DNA of 63,996 nucleotides, filler included, from Bonamia ostreae (Eukaryota), in the NCBI GenBank assembly GCA_040357525.1. It is 22 parts of 22 records of this genome, joined end to end, with 100 filler letters (N's around TTAATTAATTAA, not from the genome) between each part and the next. Parts side by side here need not be neighbours in the genome. Positions count along the whole stretch, not along the records: positions 49,868 to 52,677 come from JBDODL010000688.1; positions 52,778 to 55,585 come from JBDODL010000689.1; positions 55,686 to 58,489 come from JBDODL010000690.1; positions 58,590 to 61,388 come from JBDODL010000691.1; positions 61,489 to 63,996 come from JBDODL010000801.1; 17 more parts are not named here. The stretch is one strand, 5' to 3'. The notes under the pieces were generated by a model that was given only the letters and a program-made list of their open reading frames with translations, had not been told where the DNA came from and searched no databases. Each line of letters starts with the position of its first letter. Position 1 is the first letter of the stretch. The position numbers and the translations under genes are program-made. Below, in pieces: positions 51,459 to 63,556 of the stretch.

Positions 51459-52677
51459 ATGTATTCGACCAATACCTCAAACTTTTTGTAATTTAATTCT
51501 AAACAAAAGCGAGTCGAATCAAAAAGGAGAAATTTACGAATTGAGAAAAGATCTCAATTCTGTTGACCGAGGCATTATCAAAAATGCTGTAAAGAAAATC
51601 ATCGAAAGTTTTTACTTCATAATTAAAAAGTGATGTCTTTAGGAGAAGATTTATCACAACTTTTCCCGGATGTCATCAAAAGCTTATCGACAAAAGATCT
51701 AGAACTCAAAGTTTTGTTAAATTTTAAATCTACTAATGTCTTGCATTCAAATAATTTGAATATTCGGGATACTTAATTAAAACCAGTTAATTCAAAAATG
51801 GCCAAAACAAAAATCATTTCAATTATTTAAAAATGGCAAAAATTGTAAATAATCGCCAAAATAATAAACGAAAATCAGTTCAATTATCAAAATGGCCAAA
51901 ATTTAAAAACAAAAATCAGTTCAATTATAAATAATGGCCAAAATAAAAAAGAAATTAGTTTATCTGTACACAATCCATTACGCCCACAAACAACCAGAAA
52001 AAGCCATTTTGGTCGTAAACACATTCCAAAAAGACGCCAAATCGCATCCGAACCCTTTGATGCGCGCTCTGGCCATTCGCACAATGGGCTGCATCAACGT
52101 CGAAAAAATCACAGAACACCTCTGTGATCCTCTTTCCGACGCCCTCAGCGACTCCGATCCGTACGGTTCTTCTATTCAACGATCCAATTTTAAACAGTGC
52201 GCAAAACCGCGGTCATTTGCGTTGCGAAACTATTCAAAATCAACGAAGAAATGGTCATCGAAAAGGGGTTTCTAGACAGGTTGCATCTCTGTCTCTCCGA
52301 CTCCAATCCGATGGTGGTCTCCAACGCCGTCGCGGCGATCGAAAATATCGCCAAAAAACGGCCTTCGATTCTGTCCAAAATAAGTCCTTCGAATTGTCGT
52401 CAATTGGTGAGCGCCATTAACGAGTGCACAGAATGGGGCCAAGTGTACATTCTGGAAATTTTGGCGATTTGCTTCAACAAGATTTCGGATCCGGTCTTCG
52501 TATTGGAGAGAATAGCACCGAGACTGTCGCATTCAAACCCGGCAGTTGTTTTGTCGGCGGTCAAACTTGTGACGATTTTGGCGAAAGGACTGAAAAATAA
52601 AGAAAATGTCTTTTTGGAGAAGATAAGGCCGTCTTTGATCACTTTATTATGTTCGAAGTCTGGTTTATTTTTACCGA
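51459..52677 (+). CDS. AP-1/AP-2 beta-adaptin; 3' truncated
   Basis: [82 protein letters not shown]. Confidence 0.97.
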
Positions 52678-52777
52678 NNNNNNNNNNNNNNNNNNNNNNN
52701 NNNNNNNNNNNNNNNNNNNNNTTAATTAATTAANNNNNNNNNNNNNNNNNNNNNNNNNNNNNNNNNNNNNNNNNNNN

Positions 52778-54798
52778 AAAAGTCTTTATTGAAAACAGAA
52801 ATCTGTTGAGCAGTGTACATTGCTGTTTGAAAGGCATAAAAGATATGTCAAAAATGATTTTAAGAATACGAAATTTTGTTTCAGACATTGCCGATTGGAA
52901 AGCATTGTCTCTTACTTTAGAAAATTTTGTATTGTTGTTTCAAATAATTCGGTCGTCTAAAATCGATCTCGAAATTTTTTCAAAAATCGAGGAATGTTTT
53001 GACAATGCCATTTTTCAAACAAAGTTTTTTATTAATTTTTTCGTGTTTGATAAAAATTCGAATAATAAAAAAAGTCGTTTGATATCATTAATAATCGATT
53101 TCCCCAATTCATCAACTGGTCGAATACGAATAAAAAATAATGTTTCCGCCCAATTAGATACGTTAAAAAGATATTATCTCGCCCTTGGTAAATAGCAAAA
53201 TTAAAAAAGATGATTATTTAACGGATATCGCTGAAAAGGATATGAAAAATGGTTTGTCTAAACTTTGCTTTAGAATTAGGAAAGTTCCCCGAATCAGTTA
53301 ATTCCGCGAATATAACTTATCTTCCGCAATTGGGATTTTTGGTAATGTTACCGAAAGAAGAGGTATTAGAAGGAGATTTGCCGACATTGGAATATCAAGT
53401 AATTGTTTTAAAATAAAGTTTTCCAACGAAAAATTTTGCTTTTACAAAGTTTCAAAAAATTCGAAATTTGTAAGAATAAGCGCACACTCGATTTAGACAA
53501 CGAATGCGGAGACATAGATGGTATCATAACAGACATCGAAAGTACTTTAAAAACATTAAGGCGAGCATCTTACGGCAATTGTCGGAGAAGATCATCGACA
53601 AGGCGGAATTTTTTATTCAAATTTCAAGATTTGTCAGTGTTCTGGACGTGTTTCTTTAAACATATTTAAACGATCGTCAAAAAATTTCTTCGGTTTTAGA
53701 TTCGTTTCGATGTCGATAACTGCGATCGAAAACAATTTGACTGAACCGCAGTTCAAAGAAGAAAACGGTTTGATCATTAGAGATGGAAAACATCCTTTGC
53801 TTAGTTCCATTTGCGACAACGATTTTATTCCAAATTCTTGTATCGCCGGAAAAAACGGGTTATTTTTTAATCAAAGAAAATCGTTTATTAATATTGTAAC
53901 TGGTCCCAACAATTCCGGCAAATCGGTATACATCAAACAATGCGGTATCATCGCATATATGGCACACATCGGATCCTTTGTCCCAGCGAAAGAAGCAATA
54001 GTCGGCAGAGTTGACATGTTTCTAAATCGCCAATTTGCCAAAACTGTTAAAACGGTAAAGGATTTCGAGCAAGATTCAGACAAAAGACGACAACGATTCC
54101 ACTTTGTCGTCATTCTCCTCTGATGCGAGGCAAGTTTCGTACATATTGAAACACGCGACCTCGAAAAGTCTCATTTTGATAGACGAGTTCGGAAAAGGGA
54201 CATCGACAAACGGTTCCAGTTTTTAATGAAAAAGATGGAATCGGCTTGTTTATGGCGTCGATAAAGTATTTTGAGCGATTCGAAAATGGCCCGGTTGTTT
54301 TCCTTTCAACCCACTTCCACGAAATTTTCGCTTATAACTTGTTGAAACGTACGCGAAAAATCGAGATTTATGGAATGGATTCCATCATTAAAAGGGATTC
54401 GGATGAAATCGTTTTCGTTTACAAGTTGTTTTGGAAAACTGAATCCGATAACAAAGGTTGAAAATGGGCGTATCGAACAGCAGCTTTGGCATAGAATGCG
54501 CAGAAAAAGCTGGTTATTCAGCTGAAGTCATAAAAAGAGCAAGACAGATCGAAAAAAGAATTAAAAATAATAAAGTTTTTGTTCTAACGAGAAAAATTTG
54601 TTTTCGAAATCGCTTTATTTTTCGATGTTTTCAGTTTATTTTGCGAATTTAAAAAAATAGACATTTAAAGGAGCGAAAAGGATAAAAAATGCCAATTTTA
54701 AAAAAAGATGCGATAAAATATTATCATCTTTTAAAAAATTGAATTTCGACGATGAAAACCAGATTTGCTGTTTTCTGGAGCAAATTAAATCATTTTAG
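52778..54798 (+). CDS. MSH5: MutS homolog 5 (meiotic MutS-gamma subunit); 5' truncated
   Basis: YLPQLGFL, DLDNECGDI, TGPNNSGKSVYIKQ..MAHIGSFVPA, SLILIDEFGKGT, STHFHE, SSFGIECA. SGKSVY and DEFGKGT are MSH5-type signatures. Confidence 0.88.
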
Positions 54799-54955
54799 CA
54801 GTTCACTAATTCACTGATTACAAAATTGCTCACAAAACTAAATTTGAATATTTAACATGTTTAATGTAAACAAATTTGCTAAAATAATCAGTATACAAAC
54901 ACCATAAAAAACATTATTTTAAAATAATCAAAAAGCTTAAAAACTTTATAACAGA

Positions 54956-55585
54956 ATGGACGCGAAAAAATCCAAAAAACAACACTTCAAAAAACGTTTA
55001 AAGATTTAAACTTTAGAAAACCTTTCGCTCAAATCGCAGCTGGACAACCCGAAAATTGTAAATTAATTTTATTCAAGTTGCAAAAATTGCAAAAACAACA
55101 AATCGTCCACAGAGAAGAAATTCCACTCGAAAAGAAAGCACCTCTTTTTTTGCACCTTCCTCAATACAACTCTTCGAACCAAATCATCGCACATGTTGCA
55201 ATGATTTAACATAAGGCGGCGAAGTATAAAGATGTAGTGCCGGAAGGTATTGTCAGGTTCTGTGTGCATCGATCGAAGCAAATTTGGAAAGAATCGGAAC
55301 AGAATATAATCGAACTTTTCAGCGCCATAAAAATATTCTTTTCGGTAAATCTTGTGACGTTTAGAACTACAAACCGCTGGAGACGGCGCAGCAAGGAATT
55401 AAAACGGATCTTGAAATCAAAACTAATTTTATTATTCAATTCGTTAGTGATTGTATTGGGATAAGCATCGCGTTTTATATCCTTCTTGGACATTTTGTTC
55501 AACAATCAAATTGTATTGATTTTTCTATTTTTGTTGTCATTAATAAAGACAATTTTCAATTTTTTTTTGTCGTCAAAATTTTGTT
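54956..55585 (+). CDS. Probable divergent eIF2B delta subunit, 5' part
   Basis: After four 20-21-nt introns: KKAPLFLHLPQY (cf. LFSHLPQY), VPEGIVRF, ELFSAIKIFFSNYKP, DLEIKTNFIIQFVSDC. Confidence 0.55.
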
Positions 55586-55879
55586 NNNNNNNNNNNNNNN
55601 NNNNNNNNNNNNNNNNNNNNNNNNNNNNNTTAATTAATTAANNNNNNNNNNNNNNNNNNNNNNNNNNNNNNNNNNNNNNNNNNNNCAACGTCTTAAACTC
55701 AAAACCAGAATCGCGGTGAGGTCCAGAACAAAAGCACATAAGGTTTATACAACATCCACATATAATAAATTTGAGCGGCTAAATGCTCCAGAAAAATAAT
55801 TATACGCGTTTCGCTTATATTTTTTCAAAGTAATTAGTCCAAATTTAACTTCCTTTGTACAGAATTTTTTATTGATCGC

Positions 55880-58489
55880 ATGGATACCAACAAGAACAAT
55901 CTGACGCCCGCCGCGACAAAGGTTACTTTTGCTCTATTCCGCAGAACGGCCGCACTCGCAACAACGCCCCGGCCGCCCCGCAGAGCGCTCAGAGCGTCCA
56001 AAGCGAGCCGCAGTCGACCCACGCAAACTCCAACGGCAAACTGCCCCGCCGCTCCTCGTCCGCGGAGCACTCGCCCCGCAGCAAACCCGCCAAAAAGAAG
56101 AACCGCAACGAATGGGACAGAGCCATCACCGACTCCGCGACCTTCAAAAACGCCAACCCCGCACCACCCAGAACCCCCCGAAACACCGAAACACCGAATC
56201 CCGCCAAACCGAAACCGCCGACGCCGAAGTCGAAGCCGTTCAAAAAAAGCGATTCGAAAAACTCAAAATTCGCTCGAAAGCAATCCCACAAAAAACAGAG
56301 AACAAAGCAATCCCGAAAACAGATTCTCCAGTTTTTCCCGGAAAAGCAATCCGCCAAATTGACCCCAAAAACGGCACATTTCCCGCAATTCAAATCGGCC
56401 CCGGCGCCCCAAACCGCAATCCAAATCGGCGCGCCGAGTCCGTATCCGCTCGCGCAGCCGAACAAAATTTTCTCGAAAGCGAGCGTGATCGCCCAAAGCG
56501 AGAATTTCCAGGTCAGTGTCAACAGAAATCACAACAAGTCGCCGCTCAGTTTCAAAAAACCGTCGCCTCGAATCGAGTCGTTGTACACCAAAAACGCCCT
56601 CGAAAGCAAATTTCTCGCGAAACTCAATTTGCCCAATTCCATTTTTGAGCAAAAGGAGTATTCGAAGGGAGCGCCGAGGAATGGCCCGTTCGCACAGAAA
56701 ACCGTTTTCGCGCCGAAGAAGCCGACTTTCAACATAAACGCCGCCGAGTTCAATCCGTCGTCGAAGACGAAAAAAGAGTTTATCGACAAAATCTCGAGTC
56801 GCGACGCGAATTCGAGCTCGGCGAAAAGGAACAACGCGCTGCAAATCAAAAATCCGCGGACCGACAAAATCGTCGACGTGGAAAGTCAGAAACAAGACGA
56901 AAAAGCGGGTGGGGAAAAAGGCGGCGCGAGAAATGTCGAGATTAACGAGAAAAGTTTGGCGGAGCTCGGAAGCGGGAAAGACGTTCAACGTGCAACCGAA
57001 TTTGTCGGAAGCGAAACAAAATCTGTCGACGGACAGATTTTGTTTAAGAAAAAGAGTTTGGACGAAAAAGCAACGCAAATTAAAGATCTTTTCAAAGAAC
57101 AAGTTTTGAAAGCGGCCAAATCGATGAAAAAGGATATTGGTCTAAAAACGGGAGATGATTTGCAGAAAAACAGGACATCTCGTAATTTGCCAAAATTGTC
57201 GAAAAAATGTTTTTTTTGTAAAACCAAAAATTGTCGAAAAATAATTTTTTGTAAAAAGACAAAAATTGTCATAAAATGTTTTTTTGTAAAATTGTCGAAA
57301 AATTGTCAAAAAAATGTCAAAAAATGTTTTTGGTAAAAAGACAAATTTTAATAAAAATTAGCCGAAGTGCAAGATATCAAAGAAATAGTTGCAAAAACAT
57401 TAAAAAACATAAACGTTGAAATCGAAAAACCAAAAATTGAAAAAATCGAAAAACCAAAAATCGAAAATAATTTTGGTAAAACAAAAATCGAAAAGTCAAA
57501 AAACGCAATGGATGAATTTAAAAAACAGATTTTAAAGATTAATGAGATTAAAAAACAAAACGAAATTAAAAAACAAAGTGAAAATGAGGCATACGAAGAA
57601 AAAATTAATCTAAAATTGCTTGAAAAATTGAAGAAAAAGCAGGCTTTAACGGATGAAGATAGACCAATCATCGAAAAGGAGAAAAGTACTTTTTTCCAAT
57701 TTTAATCAAATTTTTTGTCATTTTTTTAAACAATTTTTTTGCAATTTTAATAATTTTTTTTATCATTTTTTAAACAATTTTTTCATTTTTTGCTATTTTA
57801 ATCAAATTTTTTAAACAATTTTTTTTGCAATTTTATAATAATTTTTTATCATTTTTTAAACAATTTTTTATCATTTTTTAAACAATTTTTTCATTTTTTG
57901 CAATTTTAATAATTTTTTTGCAATTTATTTAATTTTTTCATTTTTTTGCAATTTTAATAATTTTTTTTGTCATTTTTATGCTATTTTTATCAAATTATTT
58001 TTGATCAAAATTTTTTGTTATTTTTCTGCAATTTATTCAAAATTTTTTATCAAAATATTAGCAAAAAAACCAAAATTACCGTCCCCAAAATCGCCGATTT
58101 CCCGCCAACCAAACATTTTAGAAAAGACACATTTCATTACTGAAGAAAAAAGAGTGAAAAAGTTGGAAGGAATCGAATTAGCACACTTTAAATCAAAATC
58201 TAAACACCAAAATCAAGAACCGATTTTAAGTGCGAGAAAAGATACTTTTTCAAAAGGAGCTATCCCGACTCATGTTGCGCGACAAAATAAAGTGCTAGAA
58301 GGAAATCATCGCGAGCCGGAATCGATAAAATTGCAATTAGAAAAGCGTATTGAAAGACGTCGAAGACGGAAAATTAGTTCTAATTTATCGACCAATTTGG
58401 GCAAATCGAAGATTTTAGGGGCTTCGCCGAAGGACGAAGAAAAACATTTCAGGTTTTAGACCAAAAAGCTAAATTTTATTTTTGGCTAA
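55880..58489 (+). CDS. Low-complexity protein with a PAM2 motif, possibly an eIF4G N-terminal region; 3' truncated
   Basis: A 23-nt first intron opens a long Pro/Lys frame containing FNINAAEFNP (PAM2) and ALQIKNPRT (eIF4G-like I.I..P). Introns are tandem-repeat filled (57190-57340, 57700-58020). Confidence 0.5.
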
Positions 58490-58619
58490 NNNNNNNNNNN
58501 NNNNNNNNNNNNNNNNNNNNNNNNNNNNNNNNNTTAATTAATTAANNNNNNNNNNNNNNNNNNNNNNNNNNNNNNNNNNNNNNNNNNNNCAAACAATATA
58601 AAATTTTACAAAATAATGA

Positions 58620-59660
58620 ATGGACATTAAGTTAGTTTATGATCAAAAAGTTGTTTAATTTAAAAAATGGAAATAAAGGATTATGTTATTAAGGATGAAT
58701 ATATTGAAGTTTGAACGCCCCGTTAATTTCCGGATCCTAAATAATTTGCTGCCATAACTATCAAATGTAAGAACTGCCCAGAAAAATGACTTTAATGCGT
58801 TCAACTAAATGCTCGGATGGATTTCGCTAGAGATATAACAATAAAAGATGTGTAAACCCGAAACGAGCTTAAGGAAAAATTCATTTTTTCCAACTCGAGA
58901 TTGCCATTGGGCAAATTATTTCTCCTGATGTACGAATGGTCGATTAATAGTTCTGTTCAAAATATTTGCTGAGACATGGTTATCGGCAAAAAGACCGTAG
59001 TCGATTGGTGCCGATTCTTAAGAGAAGTTGCAGTCTTCAGATACGAAAACAGAGAAAGAAGATAAATATTTATTAGTGTTGAAAACAATAAAGAAGAAAA
59101 ATAATTAAAACTTTAAAGGAAGCAAATCCCCAGATGTTTAAAAATATATAAATGGCGATTTTAAAAATTACTCCAGCGAGAAAAGAAAATTAGATGTGTG
59201 GGTAGATCACATTGAAATTTCTGCTACAACTATGTTTCAATTATATACAGAAATGACAATCATTATGACGCGATTGTAATTTTAATTTATTTTAAGGTTG
59301 AAAGATTCGATTTGATTATTTAATTAAATCAAGATTTAAATTGTAATTTAATTAATACATTTAATTAAAATCATCGATTCGATTCGATTTAATTAAAATG
59401 TAAATTTAATTCGATTAAAATACGACTAAAATAGACTAATAATTAAGTTTGACGGACAACATTTATAAAAAATTTGTATATAATAAAATTTTATCAATTA
59501 GTAGTACACAATATATTTTTTCAAAATAAAGTTTGATCGTAATATATCTTAACATCCTATAAATATATCATAAATGGCCTTGGATGGCCATTTATGATAA
59601 AATTAAAATTGGTTTCACCAAAGGGTCGTTTTAGGGGGGGGGGTGTAACTCCAGTTTACC
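58620..59660 (+). mobile_element. Decayed Merlin/ISXO2-like DNA transposon with internal deletion and right terminus
   Basis: Frameshifted relic KCKNC..MTLMRSTKCSDGFR*R..C..SLRKNSFF.NSRLPLGKLFLLMYEWS...IGKKTVVDWCRFLREVA is the typical Merlin N-terminal zinc-ribbon/HTH region. The end reads GGTAAACTGGAGTTACACCCC on the minus strand. Confidence 0.8.
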
Positions 59661-59817
59661 GAATACTATTTTACCATTATTTTTAAGAAACGAAATTCTA
59701 ATTCTAATTTTATAAATTTTAGTTGTTTACGCTATAAAATTCGGTTTAATAAATAAATTATAAAATCGACATAAAAAAAAGCTAAACCACTTTTACTTTA
59801 AAAATACAGCAAAATTA

Positions 59818-61222
59818 ATGTCAGTTATAATATTTGGCTTATTTTTCACTCTATTCGCTAAACCTTGTTTTTCCAATCCAGCTGAACCTCTGTTCAATGA
59901 AGCGACGGCAGACGGCGTGTCTATTGCAAGTCGTGTATATGGTTTATTTTTGTTAATCTGAAGATACAAGTAATTCAAAGAATATCACAGAACCAAAAGG
60001 TCTTTTAAAAGAAAATCTGCGTTTGAATCAGGGTAAAGAAAGTTTTGTCGAAGACGGAAGAAAAAACTCTAAAAATAGACACACATCAGAAAATAGCGTC
60101 AAAACCAAGGGCTCTTTAAGAACAAAACAAGACAAAAATAGAAGAAGAAAAAGAATTAAAAACGAAAATTCGAATCAAAATCATAAAGATGAAAACACGG
60201 TAGACAAAAATAAAGGCAAAGCCGAAAAAGATGAAGATGAAGATGATGAAGATGATGAAGATGATGAAAGTAATACCGGAGGTGAAGATGATGAAAGTAA
60301 AACCGGAGAAGAAGACGATGAAAGTAAAACCGGAGACGAAGACGATGAAAGTGAAACTGGAGACGAAGACGATGAAAGTGAAACTGGAGACGATGACGAT
60401 GAAAGTGAAACCGGAGACGAAGATGATGAAAGTGAAACCGGAGACGAAAAAATGGAGAAAAAAGAAAATGTAGCAGACGATGAAGATGTGGATGAAAATC
60501 TAAAGAGAGAAGCGCCAAATAAAGAAGAAAGGGACCAAGATGACGACGAAGATAATTTTATAGACATTCGAAATGAGAGAAAACTTTTTTCAAAGCAAAA
60601 CGTAAATTCGAGAATGCCGCCAATAAAGTCTAAAAAGAAAGTCGCTAAAAGGAGAAAAGCACCTTCTAATAAAAAAAGAGCAGGAAGCGTCGTAAAAAGA
60701 AAACGGAAGCATAAAAATCAGCGCAAAGATCACCAAAGAGCAAAGTTATCGTCTTCCAGACAGCACAAAAGAGTCAAAATGAGAAATCCCAAAATAGCTA
60801 AAAATCGCAAAAACAAGAAATCAGGGCCCGGAAAAAAGAAAAAAGTCGATAAAAAATATCGCAGCGAAATCGAATCTGACGAAGATGAGTTCATGGACGC
60901 CGAAGAAAAAGCTTCCATGGTAGTTACCTTAATCAGCGACCCAAACGAAATCGACCCTTCCACTCTTGAAGATGCAGAACAGCATGACAACATTTATGCT
61001 AACTTTGCGCTGTTCATGTTGTTAGTTATATTCGTTGTGTTGATCGTAGTTTTCAGAACATGCAGAAAAACGAATTCTGTGACACAAAGAGCGGCGATGA
61101 TAGCATTTATACCACAAAGTCCTGGCATCAAGAAGAGCTTATCTGAGTCAAATAAACAAGCTCCAATGGATCAACCTCCGCCATACAGCCCTTCGAAACC
61201 TCCCGCACAGCAATATTATTAA
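59818..61222 (+). CDS. Type I membrane protein: signal peptide, acidic repeats, basic tract, TM helix, PPxY tail
   Basis: MSVIIFGLFFTLFAKPCFS, then a 22-nt intron (59942-59963) into the 399-aa ORF. (DDES[E/K/N]TG[D/E/G][E/D]) x7, TM FALFMLLVIFVVLIVVF, QPPPYSP. Confidence 0.85.
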
Positions 61223-61488
61223 ACACTTAAAGCTTTTTTATTGTTACCTTTTTATATTGTTACAAAATCGTAAAAAAGATTAAAAATTTTCCGTTGGCAA
61301 AGATTCCGTAAACCAAGGCCTGTATTTTCATCTTGAAACTGCAAACAAAACTTTTTTCTTTCCAAAATGATCCTCTATCGAATAGTTGNNNNNNNNNNNN
61401 NNNNNNNNNNNNNNNNNNNNNNNNNNNNNNNNTTAATTAATTAANNNNNNNNNNNNNNNNNNNNNNNNNNNNNNNNNNNNNNNNNNNN

Positions 61489-61770
61489 AAACGTTCAAAC
61501 TTTATTACAACAAAACTTTTAACAAGACAAAATTAATAAAAATTGCAAAAATTAAATATTTAAAACGTTCAAACTTTATTACAACAAAACTTTTAACAAG
61601 ACAAAAATAATAAAAATGGCAAAAATTTAATATTTAAAACGTTCAAACTTTATTACAACAAAACTTTTAACAAGACAAAATTAATAAAAATGGCAAAAAT
61701 TTAATATTAAAAACGTTCAAACTTTATTACAACAAAACTTTTAACAAGACAAAATTAATAACAATTGCAA
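61489..61770. repeat. 74-bp tandem repeat, ~4 copies, at contig start
   Basis: AAACGTTCAAACTTTATTACAACAAAACTTTTAACAAGAC recurs at 61489, 61563, 61637 and 61711. Confidence 0.95.
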
Positions 61771-61800
61771 AAATCGATTAAAACGACAAAAGATTGTTAT

Positions 61801-62583
61801 TTAATTGAATCCAGCTTTGCGCATTCTGACCGTTTTAACGACGTCTTCAAGTTCACTATTCTCAAATTTATTTGAATTTTCATATAAATACAGTTTGTAC
61901 TTTTTATTATTTTTTTTATATTTCCAATAGTTCGGTATCGGAGTTACTTGATTCATCTGTAATTTGTAAAGAGGTATTTTCAGAATTTTCGTATTTCCGT
62001 AATGTATTCTTTTAAAAAGTTATTATTTTTGAACAATTAAAATTAGTTTAAAAAATTGAAAAAAATTTATTATCTAAAAACCGAACAAATGAATTTCTGA
62101 TATTGTTTTGGGATCGTTTTAAACTGGGCATTAACAAGTTAATTTTTTTAATGATAGTTCCGCGTTGTTTAAATTCACTAATTGCAAAAAGACCAGAAAT
62201 ACACAAAACTACTAAAAATGAAGTCGTTAGCGGTTTTGCTCTTTTTATATTTCTCGTAAATTCTTTAAATGTGAACATTAGATTATTTAGCGCTTTGAAA
62301 AATATAAAAATTTGCGATCTTAACCTTTGAGAGTTTTCGATTTCAAAATAACATCTAACTCAATTTTTTCATAATAAAAAATTCCAAGCCCAATTATAGC
62401 AGTCAAAACATTTGAATTTTGTGAAATTGGTATTTTATTGAGTTCATAAATGGTCTTCAGAATGAAATATAAAACTTTATTGTATTTGAATTTATTTGCT
62501 TTTTTAATGTTAAATGTCTTGAAATTTTTACTACGATAAAAGAGCTCAACTACACGTTTTGTTTTGAGCGTTCTTCTAAACAT
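61801..62583 (-). CDS. Two-TM putative mitochondrial membrane protein, tandem paralog A
   Basis: Basic presequence-like start and two hydrophobic segments. Spliced C-terminus RIHYGNTKILKIPLYKL..ELEDVVK is colinear with paralog B. Confidence 0.65.
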
Positions 62584-62825
62584 TTAATGGATAAATTTTA
62601 TTTTCTAAACTTAAACAATATTGATATGACGTTCTGCTAAATGTTTTCTAGTCAGTTGATGCCCAACATTAAATTTTTCTGTGTAACAACAACAAATTTT
62701 TTCGTTATTGTCAAACTTTTTTNNNNNNNNNNNNNNNNNNNNNNNNNNNNNNNNNNNNNNNNNNNNNNNNNNNNNNNNNNNNNNNNNNNNNNNNNNNNNN
62801 NNNNNNNNNNNNNNNNNNNNNNAAT

Positions 62826-63556
62826 TTAATCAAATTTAGCTTTGTGCAATTTGATCACTTTAACAATGTCTTCTATCTCATTATTTCTATGTTTGTTTTG
62901 ATTTGTGTACAAAGAGAGTTTGTACGTCTTTGAATTTTCTTCATATTCCCAAATCTTCCAAAAAGGATCAATTTGCTTTATCCGTAATTTGTGAAGAGGG
63001 ATTTTTAAATTGTTGTTATTTCCGTAATGCACTCTTTGCAAAAAGAAAAATTTTGATAAAAAGCGAATTAATAAAAAACTGAAGGAACGAATTTTTGACA
63101 TTGTTTTTAGATTTTTCAAAACTGGGCATTATCAAATTAACTCTTTTAATATTCATTCCGCGTCGCATAAATTGTGCAATTACCGTTCGGAAAGAAATTA
63201 TAAAAAGTACACAAAATGTAGTTGTTAAAGCTTTATTTTGGTTTTTCAGATTTTTCTCAAATTCTTTTTTTAATTATTTAAAAATGCCGATTTTAACCGT
63301 CTGATGTCCTAGATTTCCAAATTTGCCGAATGGCCATTTTCTTAAAATCGAAAATCCCGATTGCGGCTAGAAACATTACTGCGTAAATATTAACAAATGG
63401 TTGTTTTTTAAGCTCATAAATGGTCTTCAGAATGAAATATAAAACTTTATTGTATTTGTACTCAATTGGCTCTTTAGTACAAAAAGTTTTGGAATTCTTT
63501 TTAACACAAAGGAATTTGATCGGATTTTTAGTTTGTTTGAATGTTTTGCTAAACAT
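62826..63556 (-). CDS. Two-TM putative mitochondrial membrane protein, tandem paralog B
   Basis: Shares KYNKVLYFILKTIYEL, RVHYGN...LKIPLHKL and EIEDIVK with paralog A, and has the same intron placement. Confidence 0.65.

Noticed and set aside
55929-57102. Long overlapping and antisense ORFs here and at 39734-40082, 49982-50735 and 60156-60567
   Set aside because: These are shadows of locally GC-richer or repetitive coding sequence with few off-frame stops, and they show no protein motifs.
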